In this document: one piece after another, positions 17,012-24,000 of the stretch
Position numbering within the stretch: position 1 is the first letter of the stretch
Layout: each line of letters opens with the position of its first letter
Assembly (NCBI GenBank): GCA_030621845.1
Contig: JAUXHA010000033.1
Location: forward strand, 1,604-25,603
Direction of reading: 5' to 3'
Length of the DNA: 24,000 nt
Source: Spongiibacteraceae bacterium
Lineage (GTDB): Bacteria > Pseudomonadota > Gammaproteobacteria > Pseudomonadales > Dasaniaceae
Notes under the pieces: model-generated
Databases searched by the model: none
What the model saw: only the letters and a program-made list of their open reading frames with translations
Told to the model about the DNA's origin: nothing
Translations under genes and position numbers: made by a program

Positions 17012-19150
17012 CTAGGCATTTCTTTTATAGCGATGAAACTTCTCAGCCAGGCGTAATAAAAATTCCGGTTTACGTTGTTTTTTCCATTCCCCCGCCACGT
17101 ACTTATTAGCTTCACTAAAAGTCGGGTAAATATGAATCGTGGCGAGAATCTTATTCAAACCCAGGCCGTGCTTCATTGCTAAAATATACTCGGTTATTAA
17201 TTCACTGGCATGATAACCAACAATGCTAACGCCAAGAATTCTATCACTGTTAACGGCCGTCAGGACTTTAATAAAACCCTGCGTCTCGGAATCAGCGATG
17301 GCCCGATCCAAATCATCCAGGGCAAATACCGTTAGCTCGTACTGGATACCCTGCTGCATTGCCTCCTGTTCATTCAAGCCGACACGCGCCGCTTCGGGGT
17401 CAGTAAAGGTGACCCAGGGAATCACCGAATAATCGACCTTGAATTTCCTGAAACTGCCAAACAGGCTGTTCACCGCCGCATACCAGGCTTGATGTGAGGC
17501 CACATGGGTAAACTGATAGGGACCGGCGACATCGCCACAGGCATATATGGTTGGGCAATCGGTACGCAGATTGTCATCCACCGCAACCGTACCGGTTTCG
17601 GTGCGTTCAATACCCACGGTTTCAAGCCCCATATTCTCGGTATTAGCCTGACGCCCTACGGCAAACAACAGTTGGTCAAACTCAATCGTCGACTCACCAC
17701 CACTGTGTGACAGGGTTGCTGAATACTTGCCCCGTTTATTTTCCAGTGCCAGCAACTGGTGTCGGCACAGGACATCAATCCCCTCACGCTCAAATTGCTG
17801 TTTAATCTCGGTACTCACATCCAGATCTTCCTTCGGCAGCAACTCACTGCGTACGACCATGGTTACCCGGCTGCCCAGACGAACAAATGCCTGCGCCAAC
17901 TCACAGCCAACCGGACCACCGCCGACCACCAATAAATGCCGCGGCTGTTGCGCCAACTGCCAAATCGTATCGGAGGTCAGGTAATCAATCGCGTCCAGGC
18001 CCTCGATATCAGGCACCTGTGGGCGACCCCCGCTGGCGATAATAATATTTCGCGCGCTTTGCACCTCATTGCCTATTTTCACCTCCCAGGGCGAGATGAT
18101 CTTCGCCTCACCCTGTACACAATTAACCCCCAGCTCGGTATAGCGCTCAACCGAGTCATGGGGTTCAATCTGGCTGATCACCCGGTCAACCCGCCGCATC
18201 ACCTCAGGAAAATTCACCACCCCATTGACGCCTTCAATACCAAATTCACTGGCGCGACTCAAATAATGATTGATACGACTGGAACGAATAAGTGCCTTGC
18301 TAGGAACACAGCCGGTGTTGAGACAGTCACCGCCCATTTTATGTTTTTCCACCAGCGTGACTTTCGCCTTGACCATGGCGGCGATATAGGCCGACACCAG
18401 CCCCGCTGAACCCGCGCCAATCACCAGCAGGTTATTATCAAAAAAATCCGGCTTGCGAAAAGGTGCCAGCCGCCGCCGATCTTTAAACCAGGCGATCATT
18501 ACTTTCGCCAACCAGGGGAAAATACCCAGAGCCACAAAAGAACCAATCAGTGCCGGTGAGAAAATATCCCCGACACTGTCCAGCCGACCCAACTGGGTAC
18601 CCGCATTCACATAGACCGCAGTACCCGCCAACATTCCCAGCTGGCTGACCCAGTAGAATGACCAGATCCTGATCGGCATTAAGCCCATCACCAGGTTGAT
18701 GACGAAAAAGGGGAACAGCGGCACCAGTCTCAAGGTAAAAAGATAAAAGGCCCCGTCTTTTTCTATGCCCGAATTAATCGTTGACAGGTACGGCTCAAAA
18801 CGCTGCTGTACCCATTGCCGAAACAGCGTGCGAGAGATAATAAACGCCAGCGTAGCCCCGATGGTCGAAGCGAAGGAGACAATTAGCAACGCCCAGCCGA
18901 AGCCAAACAGGGCACCTCCCGCCAGGGTTAGCACTGCGGCACCGGGCAGGGACAGAGCCGTCACCACAATATAAAGCCCCGCGTAGAGTAGCGCCGCCAG
19001 TAACGGTTGCCCTTCACGCCAGGCCTCCAGCGCCTGGCGTTGAGCGGCAAAGTAATCAAGACTCAGGTATTGTCCTGCATCAAAGTAAAAGAATGCCGCG
19101 ACCGCCAAAACCAGTAGCACAAACAAAGCCAATTTATACATATACATCAT
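17012..19150 (-). CDS. Fusion protein: N-terminal DedA/TVP38-TMEM64 membrane domain plus C-terminal class-I pyridine-nucleotide-disulfide oxidoreductase (GR/LpdA/MerA-like)
   Basis: 712 aa.
- Approximately aa 1-225 (nt 18475-19150) are polytopic and hydrophobic, with DedA-like motifs (LSLPGAAVLTLAGGALFG, FTLRLVPLFPFFVINLVMG).
- From approximately aa 237 on: FAD GxGxxG (LLVIGAGSAGL), redox-active disulfide GGDCLNTGCVPSK, NAD(P)H GxGxxG (LLVVGGGPVGCE), IYACGDVAG, and the C-terminal His-Glu dyad HIYPTFSE. Confidence 0.85.
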   Translation of the reverse strand: MMYMYKLALFVLLVLAVAAFFYFDAGQYLSLDYFAAQRQALEAWREGQPLLAALLYAGLYIVVTALSLPGAAVLTLAGGALFGFGWALLIVSFASTIGATLAFIISRTLFRQWVQQRFEPYLSTINSGIEKDGAFYLFTLRLVPLFPFFVINLVMGLMPIRIWSFYWVSQLGMLAGTAVYVNAGTQLGRLDSVGDIFSPALIGSFVALGIFPWLAKVMIAWFKDRRRLAPFRKPDFFDNNLLVIGAGSAGLVSAYIAAMVKAKVTLVEKHKMGGDCLNTGCVPSKALIRSSRINHYLSRASEFGIEGVNGVVNFPEVMRRVDRVISQIEPHDSVERYTELGVNCVQGEAKIISPWEVKIGNEVQSARNIIIASGGRPQVPDIEGLDAIDYLTSDTIWQLAQQPRHLLVVGGGPVGCELAQAFVRLGSRVTMVVRSELLPKEDLDVSTEIKQQFEREGIDVLCRHQLLALENKRGKYSATLSHSGGESTIEFDQLLFAVGRQANTENMGLETVGIERTETGTVAVDDNLRTDCPTIYACGDVAGPYQFTHVASHQAWYAAVNSLFGSFRKFKVDYSVIPWVTFTDPEAARVGLNEQEAMQQGIQYELTVFALDDLDRAIADSETQGFIKVLTAVNSDRILGVSIVGYHASELITEYILAMKHGLGLNKILATIHIYPTFSEANKYVAGEWKKQRKPEFLLRLAEKFHRYKRNA

Positions 19151-19375
19151 CCGTTGAAGAGAGCCACCGCAATAGCCAACAAACTATCCGGCCGCCGCCA
19201 GCTACTGACCGGGCAATTAAATTCAAAGCCCACCTTGAATTATCTGCTAGCAGCCCCATATTGAGCGAATAACAGCAGGCGGGATTTAATTTACTGTTGG
19301 CAATGTTATGATGACGACATTGTACATTTCCAACAACCGGCTGACAGCCTCATTATTGATTCTGGAGAGAAAACC

Positions 19376-19702
19376 ATGAGCGGCAATATCGTTCACACAA
19401 GCGATGCAAGTTTTGAAACAGATGTACTGGCTTCCGAGCTACCCGTATTAGTCGATTTTTGGGCTGAATGGTGTGGCCCCTGCAAGGCTATTGCTCCGCG
19501 CCTGGCCGAAATTGCCGATGAATATGCCGGTAAAATCAAGGTTTGCAAAGTCGATGTTGACGCCAACCCCGACACCGCGCCTAAATATGGCATTCGCGGT
19601 ATTCCCACCCTGATCATTTTTAAAGGCGGCAACGCAGAAGCGACCAAGGTCGGCGCCCTGACCAAAACACAGCTGATTGAATTTGTCGACGCCGCACTAT
19701 AA
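19376..19702 (+). CDS. trxA: Thioredoxin 1
   Basis: 108 aa. It has the active site WAEWCGPCK and [14 protein letters not shown]. The gene lies immediately upstream of rho, as in E. coli. A GGAGAG RBS is present. Confidence 0.96.
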   Translation: MSGNIVHTSDASFETDVLASELPVLVDFWAEWCGPCKAIAPRLAEIADEYAGKIKVCKVDVDANPDTAPKYGIRGIPTLIIFKGGNAEATKVGALTKTQLIEFVDAAL

Positions 19703-19976
19703 CGTCCATTCCCCCCTGGTGGGCCGCTAAATCGATGAGAAAGGGCTGGACGATTACCCCTTTCAGTGCTAAATTGTTTGCAACTGCTGTTTCGGCAGGT
19801 GTCACTTGTACCCTATTTTGAATAAATGCACCAATAAACGTATACGTTGCTGCCTAAAAACGTAGCAACCTCAAGCCGATCAAGCTTCATAACAACTTTC
19901 GAGTTAATGACACTGTACATTCCCTGGCGCATTCGCGCTGACCATTTCATTCTTTCACTAAGCCCATCTGAATCCT
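19703..19976 (+). promoter_or_regulatory. rho leader / probable autoregulatory (rut-like) untranslated region
   Basis: This is a 274-nt non-coding gap before rho. By hand count, 19801-19980 is roughly 28 percent C and 14 percent G, with little strong secondary structure. That is the composition expected for Rho loading. Rho autoregulates by attenuation in its own leader in E. coli. Confidence 0.4.
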
Positions 19977-21236
19977 ATGAATCTAACTGACTTAAAAACC
20001 AAACCAACCCCCGAATTACTGGAAATCGCCAAGGAGATCGGCCTCGATAACGTTGCCCGGGCTCGCAAACAAGATATTATCTTCTCGATACTCAAACGCC
20101 ACGCTAAAAGCGGCGAAGATATCTCCGGTGATGGCGTACTGGAAATTCTCCAGGACGGTTTTGGTTTCTTGCGCTCTGCCGATTGCTCCTATTTAGCCGG
20201 CCCCGACGACATTTATGTGTCGCCCAGCCAGATCCGACGTTTTAATTTACGTACGGGTGACACCATATCAGGCAAGATTCGCCCCCCCAAAGATGGCGAG
20301 CGCTATTTTGCCCTGTTGAAGATCAATGAGGTCAACTACACCAAACCCGAGCAATCGCGCAACAAGGTACTGTTTGAAAACCTGACACCCCTGTTCCCCA
20401 CCGAGCGCATGACGCTGGAAGCCGGTAACGGCTCGACCGAAGATATCACCGGCCGTATTATCGACCTGGTATCGCCCATCGGCAAAGGCCAGCGCGGCTT
20501 GATTGTTGCCCCGCCAAAGGCCGGTAAAACGCTGATGCTACAGCACATTGCCCAGAGCGTCGTGCGCAACAATCCCGAATGTTACATTATCGTACTACTG
20601 ATTGATGAGCGCCCTGAGGAAGTCACTGAAATGCAGCGCTCAGTGCGTGCGGAAGTGGTCGCATCCACCTTTGATGAACCCCCTTCGCGTCACGTCCAGG
20701 TGGCAGAAATGGTGATTGAAAAAGCCAAGCGACTGGTCGAGCACAAGAAAGATGTGGTAATCCTGCTGGACTCAATCACCCGACTTGCTCGCGCTTACAA
20801 CACCATCGTACCCTCCTCCGGCAAAGTATTAACCGGTGGTGTAGACGCCCACGCACTGGAACGCCCCAAGCGTTTCTTTGGCGCCGCGCGGAATATAGAA
20901 GAGGGTGGCAGCCTCTCTATCATCGCCACCGCCCTGATCGATACCGGCTCTAAAATGGATGAAGTTATTTACGAAGAATTTAAAGGCACGGGTAACATGG
21001 AGTTACACCTGGACCGAAAAATTGCCGAAAAACGAGTTTACCCCGCGATCAATATTCGTCGCTCCGGCACCCGCCGTGAGGAACGCATTACCGGTGAAGA
21101 AGAGCTGCAACGCATGTGGATTTTACGGAAATTACTCCACGGCATGGAAGACACTCCTGCCGCAGAATTCTTAATCGACAAACTCAAAGATACTAAAACC
21201 AATGAAGATTTCTTTAACTCGATGAAAAGGAAGTAG
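19977..21236 (+). CDS. rho: Transcription termination factor Rho
   Basis: 419 aa and highly conserved. Motifs include MNLTDLK...[14 protein letters not shown], a Walker A motif [20 protein letters not shown], and [23 protein letters not shown]. Confidence 0.97.
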   Translation: MNLTDLKTKPTPELLEIAKEIGLDNVARARKQDIIFSILKRHAKSGEDISGDGVLEILQDGFGFLRSADCSYLAGPDDIYVSPSQIRRFNLRTGDTISGKIRPPKDGERYFALLKINEVNYTKPEQSRNKVLFENLTPLFPTERMTLEAGNGSTEDITGRIIDLVSPIGKGQRGLIVAPPKAGKTLMLQHIAQSVVRNNPECYIIVLLIDERPEEVTEMQRSVRAEVVASTFDEPPSRHVQVAEMVIEKAKRLVEHKKDVVILLDSITRLARAYNTIVPSSGKVLTGGVDAHALERPKRFFGAARNIEEGGSLSIIATALIDTGSKMDEVIYEEFKGTGNMELHLDRKIAEKRVYPAINIRRSGTRREERITGEEELQRMWILRKLLHGMEDTPAAEFLIDKLKDTKTNEDFFNSMKRK

Positions 21237-21263
21237 CGGCCGCACCAAGCGCCTACCCGCTTT

Positions 21264-21300
21264 AAAAAACCCGGGCGAACTTACCGAACGTTAGCCCGGG
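21264..21300 (-). terminator. Hairpin with U-tract only on the minus-strand transcript
   Basis: AAAAAA-CCCGGGC-(17 nt)-GCCCGGG. On the minus strand the 7-bp GC stem is followed by TTTTTT. On the plus strand, downstream of rho, it is followed by AATTAGC. The 17-nt loop is long (an inner AAC/GTT pairing is possible). Confidence 0.35.
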
Positions 21301-21407
21301 AATTAGCTTCGCAGCTGTTCAGCTCCCGCGAATAAGGCAAAGTCATTGCCGTCAGCACAGCCATAAAGCCAGGCGGATGATCGCTGGAACTTACCAGGAC
21401 CGGATTA

Positions 21408-22538
21408 ATGCCACTGCCACCACTCAGTCTTTACATCCACATTCCCTGGTGTATCAAAAAATGTCCCTACTGCGACTTTAATTCCCACGCCGTTAAACAG
21501 CCAATTCCTGAAACCGATTATGTTAAGGCATTGCTCCATGACCTCGACCAGCAGCGAGGTAGTGCCCAGGGTAGAAAATTGCAATCAATCTTCTTCGGTG
21601 GCGGCACGCCAAGTTTATTTTCGGCCAGGGCCATTGCCACTTTACTCAAAAAGATCGAACAGACCACAGGCTTTACCGAGGGTATAGAAATCACCCTGGA
21701 AGCTAATCCTGGCACCACCGAGCAGGAAAAATTCAATGGCTATTTCAATGCCGGGGTTAATCGACTCTCGATAGGCGTGCAAAGCTTTAACAACCATCAC
21801 TTACAACAGCTTGGTCGGATTCATAACTCAGGGGAGACCATCAGCGCCATCGCTACGGCCAAACAAGCTGGCTTTGAAAACGTTAATCTCGACCTGATGC
21901 ACGGTTTACCCGCACAATCTCCCGCCGATGCATTGCTCGACTTACAACAAGCGATCGATCTTCAAGCCCAACACATTTCCTGGTATCAGCTCACTATAGA
22001 AAACAATACCCAGTTTTATAACACCCCGCCCCCACTCCCCGATGACGACGCACTGGCGGATATTCAGGATCAGGGCGAGCAATTACTTGCCGCCAATGGT
22101 TTGGTAAATTATGAAGTTTCCGCCTTTAGTCGAGCCGGAAGACAGTCACGACACAATCTCAACTACTGGCAATTTGGTGATTATATCGGTATCGGTGCGG
22201 GCGCACACAGCAAGATCACTTCCTCGCAGGGGGTCATTACACGCCATTGGAAAACCCGCCAACCCAGGGATTATCTCAACAATGAAAAGCCTTATACCAG
22301 CGGTAGCAGAATCTTAAGCCGCGAAGAATTACCGCTGGAATTTGTCATCAATGCCCTGCGCCTGAATCAAGGCTTTAGCAAACAATTATTTACCGAACGC
22401 ACCGGTCTGGAATATGTTCAACTGCAAAAGACCGTTAGTGAGCTGATTGAGCAAGGCTTATTAACAGAAAGCCGGCAGCACATTATGACTTCAAAAACAG
22501 GCCGCCGATTCCTCAATGACGTGCTTGCCGCCTTTTAA
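21408..22538 (+). CDS. hemW: Radical SAM heme chaperone HemW (HemN-like, YggW)
   Basis: 376 aa. The N-terminus PPLSLYIHIPWCIKKCPYCDFNSHA contains the CxxxCxxC radical-SAM cluster motif. FFGGGTPS and the HemN C-terminal domain are present. Confidence 0.9.
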   Translation: MPLPPLSLYIHIPWCIKKCPYCDFNSHAVKQPIPETDYVKALLHDLDQQRGSAQGRKLQSIFFGGGTPSLFSARAIATLLKKIEQTTGFTEGIEITLEANPGTTEQEKFNGYFNAGVNRLSIGVQSFNNHHLQQLGRIHNSGETISAIATAKQAGFENVNLDLMHGLPAQSPADALLDLQQAIDLQAQHISWYQLTIENNTQFYNTPPPLPDDDALADIQDQGEQLLAANGLVNYEVSAFSRAGRQSRHNLNYWQFGDYIGIGAGAHSKITSSQGVITRHWKTRQPRDYLNNEKPYTSGSRILSREELPLEFVINALRLNQGFSKQLFTERTGLEYVQLQKTVSELIEQGLLTESRQHIMTSKTGRRFLNDVLAAF

Positions 22539-22550
22539 TTATTATCAGGC

Positions 22551-22582
22551 AAAAAAATAGTCGCTAAAAAGCGACTATTTTT
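22551..22582. terminator. Bidirectional rho-independent terminator between hemW and the PEP-CTERM gene
   Basis: AAAAAA-ATAGTCGC-TAAAAA-GCGACTAT-TTTT forms an 8-bp stem flanked by an A-tract and a T-tract. It can therefore terminate both convergent transcripts. Confidence 0.8.
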
Positions 22583-22595
22583 GCTGATAACTCGG

Positions 22596-23372
22596 CTAAC
22601 TCTTCCGGCGTATGGTCAACAAACCAATCAAGCCAAGTGCTAACAACGCTATTGAACTCGGCTCCGGAACTTCAGCAACAACAATATTACCGTCGATGGC
22701 ATCATTACCACAGGACATCGTCCAATGGGCATCAAAGTTATCCAGTGAGGCAAAACCCAAGGCAGCAAGGTCAAAGGAGACCTGGCGGTAATAACTATCA
22801 CCACTGACACCAGCCATATTCGCGGACAGGGCATTAGCACTGGAATAAGTCGACATGGCAAAGGGGTTAGACACTGTATGGCCACTGTAGACATCGTTAT
22901 TCCAGCTACTCACCTGATAGACACCCTCCGCCGCATTTAAGCCCTGCTCATTATTATCACCGCAATCGGCGTTGTTTCGCTGGCTCCAACCACACTGTTC
23001 CAAACCAAAATCAACGGCATATTCGTAGGAGCCGGCATCACCCAGCGTCGCACCATCAAATGACAGCGCAAGATCGCCGGCCCAATAATTTTTACCACTG
23101 TAAAGCTGGTGACCATCGATAATATCAAAACCGGTTTGCAAACCAATTGATAAGGTAGTGCCATCCAGCTTGTACAACAGGTATTCAGCATCGAACTGCT
23201 GGCCGCCATAACCGGGATCGACATAATTGAAATTGCCTTCCTGGTCCTCAGCGGCAAACTCTGTCCAACCAGCCCATGTACCATCATTGATCAAGCCTGC
23301 ATTGACCGCAGAAGAAAATAATACCAAGCCTAAACCAACAGAAAGAATTCCCTTTGTATAACGCATTGCCAT
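22596..23372 (-). CDS. Secreted PEP-CTERM sorting-domain protein (function unknown)
   Basis: 258 aa. The N-terminal signal peptide is MAMRYTKGILSVGLGLVLFSSAVNA|G. The C-terminus is VPEPSSIALLALGLIGLLTIRRKS, which is the PEP motif, a TM helix and a basic tail. The body is rich in Gly, Asp, Asn, Ser, Tyr and Trp. A GGAG RBS is present. Confidence 0.82.
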   Translation of the reverse strand: MAMRYTKGILSVGLGLVLFSSAVNAGLINDGTWAGWTEFAAEDQEGNFNYVDPGYGGQQFDAEYLLYKLDGTTLSIGLQTGFDIIDGHQLYSGKNYWAGDLALSFDGATLGDAGSYEYAVDFGLEQCGWSQRNNADCGDNNEQGLNAAEGVYQVSSWNNDVYSGHTVSNPFAMSTYSSANALSANMAGVSGDSYYRQVSFDLAALGFASLDNFDAHWTMSCGNDAIDGNIVVAEVPEPSSIALLALGLIGLLTIRRKS

Positions 23373-23730
23373 CTACTCCGATATAACTTCATCCACACGT
23401 ACAAATCATTATGTACGTCATCCTAACAGGTTTAATGCATAGCTCGTGCCAACATGGTATTTTCCTTTATTATCAACTGCTTATTGGCGCGCACTGCCTT
23501 TCAAGCTGGCCCCGTGTAAGTTTTATCGACAAGCTATCCCGGTAATACTTTACAGTTATAAAAAGCAACGGCTTAAACACGGGATTTGCATTCCTCACCG
23601 CCCCTTCAAAAGGTGTAAAAAAAAACGACACATGGCCCGCCAGCCTCCTGTTTCCGTGCCTACAGCAGCAAATCTCGCACGCTCTATGCTATCCTTAGCG
23701 CCCCGGATTAACTGGCCCAGAGATCACATC

Positions 23731-24000
23731 ATGCCCCGATACCGCTCCAAAACATCCACTGCAGGTCGTAACATGGCTGGCGCCCGCGCCCTGTGGCGAG
23801 CCACGGGAATGAAAGACGACGACTTCCAGAAACCCATCATTGCTATTTCCAATTCCTTCACCCAATTTGTTCCTGGCCATGTCCACCTCAAGGATCTGGG
23901 TCAACTGGTCGCAAGGGAAATAGAACGCGCCGGTGGTGTCGCCAAGGAATTCAACACCATCGCAGTCGATGACGGCATTGCGATGGGACATGATGGCATG
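23731..24000 (+). CDS. ilvD: Dihydroxy-acid dehydratase, N-terminal 90 codons (runs off the right edge)
   Basis: My translation is [90 protein letters not shown]. This is almost residue-for-residue the E. coli IlvD N-terminus. It is absent from the ORF track because there is no stop in the window. Confidence 0.95.
   Translation, partial: MPRYRSKTSTAGRNMAGARALWRATGMKDDDFQKPIIAISNSFTQFVPGHVHLKDLGQLVAREIERAGGVAKEFNTIAVDDGIAMGHDGM

Noticed and set aside
17223-18974. Plus-strand ORFs (up to 157 aa, for example 17936..18409) opposite the fusion gene.
   Set aside because: They are antisense to a continuous 712-codon ORF that has complete catalytic motifs, and they have no features of their own.
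17012-19150. Calling the 712-aa protein mercuric reductase (MerA) or dihydrolipoamide dehydrogenase.
   Set aside because: It has no heavy-metal-associated N-terminal domain, no C-terminal Cys-Cys pair and no mer operon genes. The N-terminus is a DedA-type membrane domain and there is no 2-oxoacid dehydrogenase context. Only the superfamily can be assigned.
19376-19702. Treating trxA as a dedicated member of the reductase/methyltransferase cluster.
   Set aside because: trxA-rho adjacency is conserved in many gammaproteobacteria, including E. coli. Its position next to the cluster may therefore be coincidental. I mention it only as a possibility.
19735-19821. A 28-codon sORF (MRKGWTITPFSAKLFATAVSAGVTCTLF) in the rho leader, as a possible rhoL-like leader peptide.
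   Set aside because: It has no SD sequence upstream and no similarity to E. coli RhoL as I recall it. An ORF of this size is expected by chance.
21275-21395. The 9-mer GAACTTACC occurs twice in the rho-hemW spacer.
   Set aside because: It is a single short repeat with no extended similarity around it, which is compatible with chance.
22649-23287. Two alternative-frame minus-strand ORFs (81 and 116 aa) inside the PEP-CTERM gene.
   Set aside because: They are off-frame relative to the ORF that carries both the signal peptide and the PEP-CTERM tail.
23695-23991. A 98-aa minus-strand ORF at the right edge.
   Set aside because: It is antisense to the ilvD N-terminus, which matches E. coli IlvD almost residue for residue.

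Overview
The window looks like a conserved core-chromosome slice of a gammaproteobacterium. Gene order is Pseudomonas-like, and the PEP-CTERM gene and lambda-derived replication pair tentatively suggest a marine Cellvibrionales-type organism. Coding density is high. From left to right:
- pilQPONM (minus strand), divergent from ponA (PBP1A).
- radA.
- A translationally coupled DnaT/lambda-O-like plus lambda-P-like gene pair.
- ubiB-hisI-hisE-tatABC.
- An unknown secreted protein.
- yhfA-like OsmC gene, divergent from vfr/crp.
- A minus-strand cluster: DedA::FAD-disulfide-reductase fusion, then an AS3MT/ArsM-type methyltransferase, then elbB.
- trxA, rho leader, rho.
- hemW.
- An orphan PEP-CTERM protein.
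- The start of ilvD.

I recognised no tRNA, rRNA, CRISPR array, IS element or integrase.

Two items are most worth follow-up. First, the phage-lambda-derived replication gene pair sits alone in core context and is a candidate domesticated DnaB helicase loader. Second, the uncharacterised membrane-reductase / metalloid-type methyltransferase / ElbB cluster lies divergent from trxA. All homology statements come from reading the translations against family sequences recalled from memory. No searches were run.
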